Positions 20,215-29,602 of a DNA stretch of 64,000 nt are shown here, one piece after another. The notes under the pieces are model-generated. The model did not search any database and was not told where the DNA came from. It was given only the letters and a program-made list of their open reading frames with translations. Location: assembly GCA_013289265.1 (NCBI GenBank), contig JABDAH010000004.1, positions 9,153 to 73,152 on the forward strand, written 5' to 3'. Both the position numbers and the translations under genes were made by a program. How positions within the stretch are numbered: the first letter of the stretch is position 1; each line of letters begins with the position of its first letter. Origin of the DNA: Alphaproteobacteria bacterium. Lineage in GTDB: Bacteria > Pseudomonadota > Alphaproteobacteria > UBA9219.

Positions 20215-21141
20215 ATGAAAGACGTTGCTTCCACTTTAGCTGCCGAGCCGTTGATACTGGACTATGCCAGTGTCGGCCCGCGTGTGGGCGACTATATTGA
20301 GCTACTGAAACCGCGCGTTATGTCTCTGGTGGTGTTCAGCGGTTTTGTGGGCTTAATGGTGGCCCCCGGGCATATTCATCCGCTGCTTGGTTTCGTTACA
20401 ATCCTTTGTATTGCTCTGTCTGCTGGCGGCAGCGCCGCAGTTAATATGTGGTATGACCGCGATATCGATAGGGTAATGGTGCGGACGCAGCGCCGTCCTC
20501 TGCCGCAGGGAAGGGTGGACCCGCAGGCGGCTCTGGAATTCGGCGGCGCGATGATTTTTGGCTCCGTCGCTTTGATGTGGCTGGCGATTGGCGGTCTGGC
20601 TGCATGTTTACTTGCCTTTGCCGCTGGCTTTTATGTCTTCGTTTATACTATGTGGCTGAAACGTCGTACGCCGCAGAATATTGTTATTGGCGGCGCAGCA
20701 GGTGCATTCCCGCCGATGATAGCGTGGGCTGCTGTGACTGGGAATGTGGCCTTGCCTGCCGTTGTGCTGTTCCTGATTATCTTTTTCTGGACGCCGCCGC
20801 ATTTTTGGGCACTGGCGCTATACCGCAATGATGATTACACCCGCGCCGGCGTGCCGATGCTGCCTGTTATCCGTGGCGAGCGCCGCACGAAGATCGAGAT
20901 GCTGGTCTATACGCTGATTTTGTTCCCACTTAGCCTAGCTCCGGCTTTCCTTGGCATCGGCGGCATGGTTTATTTGATCGGTGCTTCTATTCTCAGCAGC
21001 CTGTTCGTTATTTGCGCCGTGCGCGTGTTGAGGGATAAAACGCATCGCTCGGCAAAACAGATGTTTCTCTATTCTCTTTTTTACCTGACGGCACTTTTGT
21101 CGTTGCTGCTGGTAGAACAAGCCTTAAAGGTCTGGGCATGA
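20215..21141 (+). CDS. ctaB: Protohaem IX farnesyltransferase (haem O synthase)
   Basis: 308 aa. UbiA-family prenyltransferase with NMWYDRDID. Confidence 0.95.
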   Translation: MKDVASTLAAEPLILDYASVGPRVGDYIELLKPRVMSLVVFSGFVGLMVAPGHIHPLLGFVTILCIALSAGGSAAVNMWYDRDIDRVMVRTQRRPLPQGRVDPQAALEFGGAMIFGSVALMWLAIGGLAACLLAFAAGFYVFVYTMWLKRRTPQNIVIGGAAGAFPPMIAWAAVTGNVALPAVVLFLIIFFWTPPHFWALALYRNDDYTRAGVPMLPVIRGERRTKIEMLVYTLILFPLSLAPAFLGIGGMVYLIGASILSSLFVICAVRVLRDKTHRSAKQMFLYSLFYLTALLSLLLVEQALKVWA

Positions 21142-21287
21142 GTGAGCCAAACCAAATCCCTGTTAGTACTGAGCGTAGACGTCGTCAGCGCACGCGTAAT
21201 CTCGCATTGTTTTTTGTGCTTTTGGCCTTTGTCGTTTTGGTATACGGCATAACGATCACTAAAATAAAACTGGGTTACGGGTCGTGA
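21138..21287 (+). CDS. Small single-TM protein between ctaB and ctaG (49 aa)
   Basis: Below the ORF-track size cutoff. My translation is MSEPNQIPVSTERRRRQRTRNLALFFVLLAFVVLVYGITITKIKLGYGS. The ATG overlaps the ctaB stop (ATGA) and the stop overlaps the ctaG GTG (GTGA). It has a basic N-terminus and one TM helix. Confidence 0.6.
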   Translation: MSEPNQIPVSTERRRRQRTRNLALFFVLLAFVVLVYGITITKIKLGYGS

Positions 21288-21898
21288 AGCGCGCCCATAC
21301 CAAAAATAAAAATCAGCGTCTGCTGATCGTACTTGTTGCCTTTGTTGGGCTGATGGTTGGCGCTGCTTATGCCTCCGTTCCCCTGTACAGTCTTTTTTGC
21401 AAGGCGACAGGTTTTGGTGGCACGACGCAAGTCTCGCAGACTGTTCAACCTGTCGCATCTATTGATACCAAAGAACGCCGCATCACCGTCTCGTTCGACA
21501 GCAATGTCGATCCGGCACTCCCTTGGGAATTCACGCCGGAAGTTAAGAATGTCAGTGTCAAGATTGGCGAGCCTGTATTGGTTAAGTACAGGGCCATCAA
21601 TCGCGGGACCGAGTCGGTGGTGGGGACTGCCACATACAATGTGCAGCCGGATAAAGCAGGGGCCTATTTCTTTAAAACACAGTGTTTTTGCTTCACAAAA
21701 CAGATGTTAAAGCCCGGCGAAACGGCTGAAATGCCGGTGGAATTTTATATCGATGCCTCTATGGCGGATGACCGCAGCATGGATGATGTACAAAACATTA
21801 CTTTGTCCTATACATTCTTTCGCGCTAAGGATCAGTCCAAGGCGCATCTCAAGCAGGCCAACATTTCCACTAAATCACCGTCTAACCCTCAAGAGTAA
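21284..21898 (+). CDS. ctaG: Cytochrome c oxidase assembly protein CtaG/Cox11
   Basis: 204 aa with VPLYSLFCKATGFGGTTQ and the copper-binding motif CFCF. Confidence 0.93.
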   Translation: MKRAHTKNKNQRLLIVLVAFVGLMVGAAYASVPLYSLFCKATGFGGTTQVSQTVQPVASIDTKERRITVSFDSNVDPALPWEFTPEVKNVSVKIGEPVLVKYRAINRGTESVVGTATYNVQPDKAGAYFFKTQCFCFTKQMLKPGETAEMPVEFYIDASMADDRSMDDVQNITLSYTFFRAKDQSKAHLKQANISTKSPSNPQE

Positions 21899-22746
21899 TG
21901 ATCATGAGCGAACATCACGATACCGTGCAATATAGCGATAGCGGCATTGCCCAACCTTACCATCTGGTGCGTCCTTCCATCTGGCCGTTTATCGGCGCGA
22001 TGGTTGCGGGCCTGATGACCGGCGGCATGGTTTTGTTCATGCACAAGGATAAAATCGGTTCCATCGATCTGGGCGCTGGCTGGCCCGTTATCGGTTTGGT
22101 CGGCGTTTTGGCAGTTATGTTCGCCTGGTGGCGGACCATCATTCATGAATCATCTGTCGAGCATGCGCATTCGCCGATCGTCAAAATCGGCCTGCGCTAT
22201 GGCATGGCTTTGTTCATCGCTTCGGAAGTGATGTTCTTCTCCGCTTTCTTCTGGGCTTATTTTAGCGCGGCACTATACCCGCCGGAGGCTTTGGGTGGCA
22301 TATGGCCTCCTGCCAATATCAAAACTTTCAATCCTTTTGATATGCCCTTCATCATGACACTGATCCTGCTGCTGTCCGGCACGACGGTCACATGGGCGCA
22401 TCATGCCGTTCTGGAAAATGATCAGAAATCCTTGATCAAAGCGCTGGCGATCACGGTTGCTCTTGGCTTCAGTTTCTCCTGCTGCCAGTTTTTCGAATAT
22501 CATCACGCCCAGTTTGGCCTCAAGAGCGGCATGTTCGGCGCTACTTTCTTTATGGCAACAGGCTTCCATGGTTTGCATGTCATCATCGGAACCATCTTTT
22601 TGGCGGTTTGCCTGTGGCGCGCGAAGAAGGGCCATTTCACACCGCAAAGCCATTTCGGTCTGGAAGCGGCCGCCTGGTACTGGCATTTCGTTGACGTTGT
22701 CTGGCTGTTCCTGTTTATCTCGATCTACTGGTACGGCTCGAAATAA
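21898..22746 (+). CDS. coxC: Cytochrome c oxidase subunit III
   Basis: 282 aa, 7 TM, with the C-terminal WYWHFVDVVWLFLF. Confidence 0.95.
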   Translation: MIMSEHHDTVQYSDSGIAQPYHLVRPSIWPFIGAMVAGLMTGGMVLFMHKDKIGSIDLGAGWPVIGLVGVLAVMFAWWRTIIHESSVEHAHSPIVKIGLRYGMALFIASEVMFFSAFFWAYFSAALYPPEALGGIWPPANIKTFNPFDMPFIMTLILLLSGTTVTWAHHAVLENDQKSLIKALAITVALGFSFSCCQFFEYHHAQFGLKSGMFGATFFMATGFHGLHVIIGTIFLAVCLWRAKKGHFTPQSHFGLEAAAWYWHFVDVVWLFLFISIYWYGSK

Positions 22747-22751
22747 TTTTC

Positions 22752-23474
22752 ATGCAGCTGCGTGAGCTTCGGCTGGGCAGGGGTGTTTTTATCCTTCGCC
22801 TGTGGCCCACCGTGCTCACCGCGCTTATGCTAGTGGTATTGCTCGGCCTTGGCACATGGCAGGTACAGCGGCTGCAATGGAAAGAAAACCTCATTGCCAC
22901 TATCGAGGTGCGGACACATGAAGCGCCCATCAATGTGGTGAATATTTCTGACCCCAAAGTTGCCGACTACCGTTCTGCCGAAGCTAGCGGCATTTTCCAA
23001 CATGATCATGAATTTTATATGACCGCGATATCGCTATCCGGTGAGGGTGGTTATCATGTGTTAACCCCGCTGCAACTTGATAATGGGCAATATCTTTTGG
23101 TGGATCGCGGCTGGATTCCCTATGATCTCAAGGGATCTGGAAAATATTTTCAACAAGCAGGTTCTGTAACTGTCAAAGGGTTGCTGCGTATCCCTACATT
23201 GGGCTGGATGACACCAAAGCAAGATTATGTCAAAGGTACTTGGTACGGTATCGACCTGCAGGCCATGGCCGATAGTGTTGGTATCTCCGCTTTCATGCCA
23301 TTTGTGCTGCAGGTGGATAATACGCCTAACCCCGGCGGCTACCCCGTGGGTGGTCAGACGCGTATAACCCTGCCCAACAATCACCTTATTTACGCCATTA
23401 CATGGTATAGTCTGGCGCTGGTGCTATTGGTTATCTATGGCGTCTCTGGCTATCGTAAAGTATCTGAATTATGA
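22752..23474 (+). CDS. SURF1 family cytochrome oxidase biogenesis protein
   Basis: 240 aa with N- and C-terminal TM helices and the GTWQVQRLQWKENL motif. Confidence 0.85.
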   Translation: MQLRELRLGRGVFILRLWPTVLTALMLVVLLGLGTWQVQRLQWKENLIATIEVRTHEAPINVVNISDPKVADYRSAEASGIFQHDHEFYMTAISLSGEGGYHVLTPLQLDNGQYLLVDRGWIPYDLKGSGKYFQQAGSVTVKGLLRIPTLGWMTPKQDYVKGTWYGIDLQAMADSVGISAFMPFVLQVDNTPNPGGYPVGGQTRITLPNNHLIYAITWYSLALVLLVIYGVSGYRKVSEL

Positions 23475-24868
23475 CTATTTTTTATCAAAGCACGCGTGGA
23501 AAAGCGCCGGAACTTGATCTGCGCGGCGTTACGCTGACGGGTCTCGCGTCGGACGGCGGGCTCTATGTGCCAAAAAACTGGCCAGAATTTTCGGTCGCTG
23601 AAATTCTGGCGATGAAAGATCAGACTTATCTGCAAACGGCGTTGCAGGTGCTGAAGCCTTTTGTGACGCCCGCCATTCCCGAAGTGGATTTAAAGCGTCT
23701 GCTGCAGCAAGCCTATGCGACTTTTACGGACCCAGCCATCACACCGCTGAAGCAACTGGATGATCGCCATTGGGTGCTGGAACTTTTTCACGGACCGACT
23801 TTGGCGTTCAAAGATGTGGCGATGCAGTTACTGGGGCACATTTTCGAATATTTCCTCAATCAAGGTGGCGAGCGCATGACGGTGATCGGCGCGACGTCGG
23901 GTGATACGGGCTCTGCCGCCATCGCGGCGCTTGCCGGCCGAAGAAATATAGACGTGTTTATTCTCTATCCCAATAAGGGGCCAAGCGATATTCAGCGCAA
24001 GCAGATGACATGCGTGGATGCGCAGAATGTGCATGCTGTAGCTATCGAAGGTAGCTTTGATGATTGTCAGGCGATTGTGAAGGCGATGTTTAATGACGAA
24101 AGACTGCGCACAAAATACAGCTTGTCGGCGGTCAACTCCATCAACTGGCTACGTATATTGGCGCAGATGGTCTATTATTTTGTAGCGGCCGCCAAAGTCG
24201 GCGCAGGCAAGCCCGTCAGCTTTGTCGTGCCGACAGGTAATTTCGGTAATATCTATGCGGCCTACGGTGCGATGAAATGTGGCGTGCCGGTTTCCAAACT
24301 GGCGGTGGCTAGCAACCGCAATGATATTCTGACACGGTTTTTTAATTCGGGCCTGATGAAACCGGACGGCGTTCATTCTACATTGAGTCCCAGTATGGAT
24401 ATCCAGATCAGCAGTAATTTTGAGCGGTTATTGTTCGATTTGTGCCAACGTAACGGCGCCAAGGTTGAAGCACTTATGAACGACTTAAAAAACGAAAATG
24501 AATTTAAAGTGGCGCCCGTGCAGCTCGGCGATGCGCGGCAGATTTTTACGGCGGCCTGCGCCGATGATGCCCTGACATTAAAGACAATACAGGATGTGTA
24601 TGCTGAAAGTGGCTATATTCTAGACCCGCATTCTGCCGTTGGTGTTGCTGCTTCGAGAATTCTGGAGCGCGAGTTGCCGGACCCGGTGATCAGTCTTGCC
24701 TGCGCGCATCCGGCAAAATTTCCTGATACAATCAGGCGTGCGATTGGTGTGACGCCTGAAGTGCCGCCACAAGTTGCCGCCTTAATGCAAAAGCCGGAGC
24801 GCACGACGTTGTTACCGGCAACGATCCAGGCCGTTGAACAATTTATGTCGGAAAGAGTTTCTTTATGA
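23471..24868 (+). CDS. thrC: Threonine synthase
   Basis: 465 aa with the PLP lysine motif FHGPTLAFKD. Overlaps SURF1 by 4 nt. Confidence 0.95.
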   Translation: MTIFYQSTRGKAPELDLRGVTLTGLASDGGLYVPKNWPEFSVAEILAMKDQTYLQTALQVLKPFVTPAIPEVDLKRLLQQAYATFTDPAITPLKQLDDRHWVLELFHGPTLAFKDVAMQLLGHIFEYFLNQGGERMTVIGATSGDTGSAAIAALAGRRNIDVFILYPNKGPSDIQRKQMTCVDAQNVHAVAIEGSFDDCQAIVKAMFNDERLRTKYSLSAVNSINWLRILAQMVYYFVAAAKVGAGKPVSFVVPTGNFGNIYAAYGAMKCGVPVSKLAVASNRNDILTRFFNSGLMKPDGVHSTLSPSMDIQISSNFERLLFDLCQRNGAKVEALMNDLKNENEFKVAPVQLGDARQIFTAACADDALTLKTIQDVYAESGYILDPHSAVGVAASRILERELPDPVISLACAHPAKFPDTIRRAIGVTPEVPPQVAALMQKPERTTLLPATIQAVEQFMSERVSL

Positions 24869-26124
24869 CCATCAAAATCACAACACTTGATAACGGCCTG
24901 CGCGTCGCCACCGATACGATGAACGAGGCGGAAAGTGTTGTTGTTGGCGCTTGGGTCGGCGTTGGCACCCGGCATGAGCCGTGGAGCGCCAACGGCGTTG
25001 CGCATCTGGTCGAGCATATGATGTTCAAGGGCACGAAAAAACGTACGTCCTATGCGATCTCCGCCGAGATCGAAAAAGACGGCGGCATGATGAATGCGCA
25101 TACGACGCGCGAGGAAACCGCCTATTACGCGCGCGTGTTGCCGGAAAATGCCGAGCTTGCCTGCGATATCATCGCCGATATGTTGCAGCATTCCGTTTTT
25201 CAGCCCAAGGAGTTGGAGCGCGAAAAGAAAGTTATCATTCAGGAAATTGGTCGCGATCTAGATTCGCCGGAAGATCATATTTTTGATGTGATGCATCAGA
25301 CAGCCTTTCCGCGTCAGAAAATCGGGCGCTCGATTTTAGGTTCCGCCATAGTGATTGAAAATTTGCCGCGCAAGGCCGTCGCCGAGTATGTAAAAAATTA
25401 TTATCACGCTGGGAACATGATCTTGGTTGGCGCTGGCAAACTGGAACACCGTGCTTTTGTTGAGATGGTCCAAAAACGCTTTGGCAGAATGCCGCGTGGC
25501 AAGGCGCCGAAACAGGATAAAGCGCGTATCGCCAGCGGTTCTAAACTTTTGCCGAAACCAACGGAACAGCTTCACCTTATCCTTGGTTTTGCAGGACCGG
25601 GTTTTAATCGTCGCGAAATTTATCCGACGCAGCTGCTTTCCATTTTGCTTGGCGGCAGTTCGTCATCGCGCCTGTTTCAGAAAATTCGTGAAAAGCGCGG
25701 ATTGGTATACACGATCAGCTCCGGCCATATGGCTTTCAGCGATGCTGGTTTGTTTCAGGTTTATGCCGGGACTGACCCGGGCAGGGTGCAGGAGTTGATA
25801 CCTGTGGTTTGCAATGAATTGCGGGATGTGACACATAATATCGCACCCGGTGAGTTGGCGCGTGCCAAGGCTCAGTGCCGCGCTGATATGCGTATGGGAC
25901 AAGAAAGCGTGATGCGTCGTGCCGAAGTGCTGGGGCATCAGATGCTAGCTTTTAACCGACCGATCGCGATTGACGAAATTCTCAAGAAATTGATGGCCGT
26001 AACTAAGGAAGACGTCGAAGGCATGGCCAAGAAACTGATCAGGCGCAAGCCTATCGTGACGGCATTAGGGCCACTCGATAATCTGGAAGAATATAAGAAA
26101 ATCGCCGAACGACTGGTGGCCTAA
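24865..26124 (+). CDS. M16 family zinc peptidase (MPP-like)
   Basis: 419 aa with the inverted zinc motif HLVEH (HxxEH) followed by MMFKGT. Confidence 0.9.
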   Translation: MTIKITTLDNGLRVATDTMNEAESVVVGAWVGVGTRHEPWSANGVAHLVEHMMFKGTKKRTSYAISAEIEKDGGMMNAHTTREETAYYARVLPENAELACDIIADMLQHSVFQPKELEREKKVIIQEIGRDLDSPEDHIFDVMHQTAFPRQKIGRSILGSAIVIENLPRKAVAEYVKNYYHAGNMILVGAGKLEHRAFVEMVQKRFGRMPRGKAPKQDKARIASGSKLLPKPTEQLHLILGFAGPGFNRREIYPTQLLSILLGGSSSSRLFQKIREKRGLVYTISSGHMAFSDAGLFQVYAGTDPGRVQELIPVVCNELRDVTHNIAPGELARAKAQCRADMRMGQESVMRRAEVLGHQMLAFNRPIAIDEILKKLMAVTKEDVEGMAKKLIRRKPIVTALGPLDNLEEYKKIAERLVA

Positions 26125-26143
26125 CCCTAGGGCGACGGAATCT

Positions 26144-26791
26144 ATGTGGAATTGGTTTAGTTCCTTTTTTCATAACCGCCCTTCGGGGCCGAAGCCGCCC
26201 CTAAATACGCAGTTGATGGGGCCGCAGGTCATTTTGCGTGTAGGCGACCCCACGGATTGGCGTAACTGGCGCACCATGCGCGATATGAGCCGGAGTTTTT
26301 TGACACCGTGGGAGCCGAGCTGGCCACAGAATGGCCTGAGCTATGGTTTTTTTTGCGGTATGTTGCGGCGGCATTGGCGAGAATGGCGTCAGGGCAAAGG
26401 CTATACTTTTCTTATTTTTCTGCATGGTGACGGGAATGGTTGCGGCAATCTGATCGGCGGCATTTCCCTAACCGATGTTCAGCGCGGTATCGCGCAAAAA
26501 GGAACCTTGGGTTACTGGATCGGTCAGCCCTATGCGGGGCAGGGGCTTATGACCGAAGCTGCGAGTCTTTTGTGCGATTTTGCCCTTGAGACATTGCGTC
26601 TGCACCGTCTGGAGGCTGGTTGTCTGCCCAAAAATGAGGCGAGCAAGAAATTATTGCAGCGTTTGGGGTTTGAACAGGAAGGATTTGCTAAAGCCTATCT
26701 GCAGATTAATGGCAAATGGGAAGATCATTTGCTGTGGGGAAGGACTGCGCTTCCGCCACAGCAACATGACAAGCTCCACTCACTTCACTAG
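26144..26791 (+). CDS. GNAT N-acetyltransferase (RimJ/RimL-like)
   Basis: 215 aa with GYWIGQPYAGQGLMTEA and RLEAGCLPKNEASKKLLQRLGF, typical of the RimJ-like GNAT subgroup. Confidence 0.8.
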   Translation: MWNWFSSFFHNRPSGPKPPLNTQLMGPQVILRVGDPTDWRNWRTMRDMSRSFLTPWEPSWPQNGLSYGFFCGMLRRHWREWRQGKGYTFLIFLHGDGNGCGNLIGGISLTDVQRGIAQKGTLGYWIGQPYAGQGLMTEAASLLCDFALETLRLHRLEAGCLPKNEASKKLLQRLGFEQEGFAKAYLQINGKWEDHLLWGRTALPPQQHDKLHSLH

Positions 26792-27028
26792 TTAATGTAG
26801 TACATAACCTTTGCTTTGGATGCGGGCGCGGACATTGCTTAGAACGGAAGCCAGCAGTTCTGCATCTTTGGCATAATCAAGCGCCACTTCATCAGTGCGA
26901 ACGATATGGGTGCCATTTTCCGATATTTTAAAACGTAGCTTGCCATCAAAGTCCCAGATTTTGACTTCGCAGGACAGTGGCAGAAAAGCGCTCTGCACAC
27001 TGGCTATGATTTGGTCATGGGTTAGCAT
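26792..27028 (-). CDS. Small conserved-looking protein, possibly DUF1652-like
   Basis: 78 aa. A strong SD (AAGGAG) sits 8 nt upstream of the ATG. The FLPLSCE motif near the N-terminus resembles what I recall of DUF1652 small proteins, but I could not verify that. It lies 85 nt downstream of recA on the same strand. Confidence 0.5.
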   Translation of the reverse strand: MLTHDQIIASVQSAFLPLSCEVKIWDFDGKLRFKISENGTHIVRTDEVALDYAKDAELLASVLSNVRARIQSKGYVLH

Positions 27029-27113
27029 AAGGAAACTCCTTGCGTTACAGATTATGGCCCAAAGGTAAGAGCGATTAGTCCGTTTTAATGCAATCGATGT
27101 GCCAAAAGACCGA

Positions 27114-28226
27114 TTATTCGCCGCTATCGCCCGAAGTTTCCGGCGTGCCGATCATGGCGTCAGCAACCAATCCGGCGTTGCCGCGGATCTTGTTTTCAAT
27201 GGCGGCAGCCATTTCCGGATTGTCACGCAGGAACTGCTTGGCGTTTTCGCGACCCTGCCCGATGCGTTGCCCGTCATAGGAGAACCAGGCACCTGACTTC
27301 TCAACCACGCCAGCCTGCGATCCCAGATCGATCAACTCGCCCATCTTGGAAATGCCTTCGCCGTACATGATGTCAAACTCCACGACACGGAAGGGGGGTG
27401 CCATTTTATTTTTAACGACTTTGACGCGGGTCTGGTTGCCCACCACGGTTTCCCTGTCCTTGATGGCGCCGATGCGGCGGATATCGAGACGGACGGAAGC
27501 ATAAAATTTCAACGCATTACCACCGGTTGTTGTTTCGGGGTTGCCGAACATCACGCCGATCTTCATACGGATCTGATTGATGAAGATAACCATGCAGTTG
27601 GAGCGGGAGATGGAGCCGGTGAGTTTGCGCAGCGCCTGGCTCATCAACCTTGCTTGCAGGCCCATATGACTGTCACCCATTTCGCCTTCTAACTCAGCAC
27701 GTGGCACGAGGGCTGCAACAGAGTCCACGACCAGCACGTCAATAGCGCCGGAACGTACAAGCGTATCTGCGATTTCCAGAGCTTGTTCACCAGCATCAGG
27801 TTGGGAGATTAGAAGCTCATCAATGTTGACACCGAGTTTGCGAGCATAACCGGGATCCAGCGCATGTTCGGCATCGACAAAGGCACATGTGCCGCCACTT
27901 TTCTGGGCTTGAGCAATGACATGCAAAGCGAGTGTTGTTTTGCCCGAACTTTCAGGGCCATAAATTTCGATGATACGGCCTTTGGGCAGGCCGCCAATGC
28001 CAAGCGCGATATCAAGGCCGAGCGAGCCGGTTGAAACTGTTTCAATTTCGACGCTTTCACCGCCTGTGCCCAGTTTCATGACTGAACCTTTACCAAAGGC
28101 GCGTTCGATCTGGCTCAGCGCTGCTTCAAGCGCCTTCTGGCGGTCGGAGCCACCTTCTTTATCCTTGCTGTTATCTTTCATGTCTTTGGAAACAACTTGC
28201 AGATTGGCGTTGCGCGGTGTGCTCAT
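27114..28226 (-). CDS. recA: Recombinase RecA
   Basis: 370 aa with Walker [10 protein letters not shown] and [22 protein letters not shown]. Confidence 0.98.
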   Translation of the reverse strand: MSTPRNANLQVVSKDMKDNSKDKEGGSDRQKALEAALSQIERAFGKGSVMKLGTGGESVEIETVSTGSLGLDIALGIGGLPKGRIIEIYGPESSGKTTLALHVIAQAQKSGGTCAFVDAEHALDPGYARKLGVNIDELLISQPDAGEQALEIADTLVRSGAIDVLVVDSVAALVPRAELEGEMGDSHMGLQARLMSQALRKLTGSISRSNCMVIFINQIRMKIGVMFGNPETTTGGNALKFYASVRLDIRRIGAIKDRETVVGNQTRVKVVKNKMAPPFRVVEFDIMYGEGISKMGELIDLGSQAGVVEKSGAWFSYDGQRIGQGRENAKQFLRDNPEMAAAIENKIRGNAGLVADAMIGTPETSGDSGE

Positions 28227-28271
28227 GATGAACTCCTTAGAGGGTTTAGCAAGGACAGAAGGCAGGTAACA

Positions 28272-28286
28272 GATCGACTTTGTTTA
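28272..28286 (-). promoter_or_regulatory. Degenerate alphaproteobacterial SOS (LexA) box, GTTT-N7-GTTC
   Basis: The sequence gtttatggtttgttc lies 46 nt upstream of the recA ATG. One position departs from GTTC-N7-GTTC. Confidence 0.45.
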
Positions 28287-28325
28287 TGGTTTGTTCTCAT
28301 ACACCCAAACTCAGGCGGCTTGCAA

Positions 28326-28340
28326 GTTCTATTTTTGTTC
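28326..28340 (-). promoter_or_regulatory. Alphaproteobacterial SOS (LexA) box, GTTC-N7-GTTC
   Basis: The sequence gttctatttttgttc is an exact match to the GTTC-N7-GTTC (GAAC-N7-GAAC) direct-repeat LexA operator described for Rhodobacter/Rhizobium-type recA promoters. It lies 100 nt upstream of the recA ATG. Confidence 0.7.
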
Positions 28341-28377
28341 TTCTGAGAAAAATCTTATAAGTAATTGATATTGTATA

Positions 28378-29187
28378 TTATTTTGCAGTCATTACGGCCC
28401 AGGGGGTTGGACCGTCGCGATTCTCCCAATTTATAATCAGGCTCTCAAACGGATCGACATAAGCAGTGCCGGTGAATGGGCTGAAATCAAACAATGTTGC
28501 GCTGTTAGTGATAAAAGTAATGTCATGGGTGGCTGCGAAACGGTCCGTGATTGCTTTCGACAAAGTAGAATCCAGTACATCATGCAATTCGACGAGAATA
28601 TCCATTTTCTGCAGGGCCGGATAAAGCACAGGATCAAGCAAGGTTTTTTCGCCGCCTTCAATATCCATCAGGACAAAAGTTTTTTGACCGGCGTAATTGG
28701 CAAAATCTCCACCCTCAAATAAGCCGCTTACCTTGACGCGATTATCAACTTGATTAAGCGCTGCCATGTCGCGGCAACGTTGCTGCTCTACCTCACTGAT
28801 ATCGAAAGCACGAACGGTGGTGTTTAGCATGCGCAGGGCAAGGCCAGTTGCGTAATAACCAAAAGCGCAGCCGATATTCAGGATAGTTTGATAGGGCGTA
28901 GTGATAATTTTCTCGAAGGAGGCATGCAGTTCATGTTCATAACTGCCGGTCAGATAGGGGCCAAAAATGCCGCTCATTGCCGCTGGCGTCAGTTTCATCC
29001 CTTTAAAAGGTCCGGCATAGACGGCATTGCCAATCGTATTGCCAAGAAGCTGGGCAAGCGCCATTGCCTTCAGATGCGCGATATTTATCCATAGATGGCG
29101 GATTTGGGTTTCCGGAGGTTCATCACTGCCAAGAATCGACTGCGTGAACTTCAACAATATTTCTGCATGTTGAGGATGAAATTTCAT
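28378..29187 (-). CDS. Class I SAM-dependent methyltransferase
   Basis: Starts at ATG 29187 (MKFHPQHAEIL...). The glycine-rich SAM motif is ILNIGCAFGYY. The 94-codon N-terminal extension in the ORF track is Ser/Arg-rich junk that overlaps the divergent yerC-like gene. Confidence 0.7.
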   Translation of the reverse strand: MKFHPQHAEILLKFTQSILGSDEPPETQIRHLWINIAHLKAMALAQLLGNTIGNAVYAGPFKGMKLTPAAMSGIFGPYLTGSYEHELHASFEKIITTPYQTILNIGCAFGYYATGLALRMLNTTVRAFDISEVEQQRCRDMAALNQVDNRVKVSGLFEGGDFANYAGQKTFVLMDIEGGEKTLLDPVLYPALQKMDILVELHDVLDSTLSKAITDRFAATHDITFITNSATLFDFSPFTGTAYVDPFESLIINWENRDGPTPWAVMTAK

Positions 29188-29281
29188 AAACGCGAATCCA
29201 GTCTCGTTTTCAGGCTGCAGCAGACGTTGACATGATTTAAGCGGGGCGTCTAGGCTTGGCTGGTAAACACTAAGGTGCTCT

Positions 29282-29602
29282 ATGGAAAAGAATAAGCCCG
29301 CCCCACATAAACAAGTCAAAGTCAAAGCCGAAAAAGAATTGATCGAGGCGCTGTTGTCTTTGCGTGATGCGGATGAATGTCGCCGGTTTCTACGCGACCT
29401 GTGCACGCCTAAGGAAATTGCCGATCTGGCGGACCGCTGGCTGGTGGCGCGGCTGCTGGAAGAAGGCAAGCATTCCTACCGCGACCTTCACACCCTGACG
29501 GGTGTCAGTGTCACGACCATCGGACGCGTCGCGCGTTTCCTGCAGCAGGAAAATTTTCAGGGCTACCGGCTGGTTATCGATCGGATGAAGTCGGGGAAGT
29601 AA
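29282..29602 (+). CDS. YerC/YecD family TrpR-related DNA-binding protein
   Basis: 106 aa. The pattern LLSLRDADECRRFLRDLCTPKEI...LTGVSVTTIGRVARFL matches the YerC/YecD (Trp-repressor-like) helix-turn-helix family. Confidence 0.8.
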   Translation: MEKNKPAPHKQVKVKAEKELIEALLSLRDADECRRFLRDLCTPKEIADLADRWLVARLLEEGKHSYRDLHTLTGVSVTTIGRVARFLQQENFQGYRLVIDRMKSGK

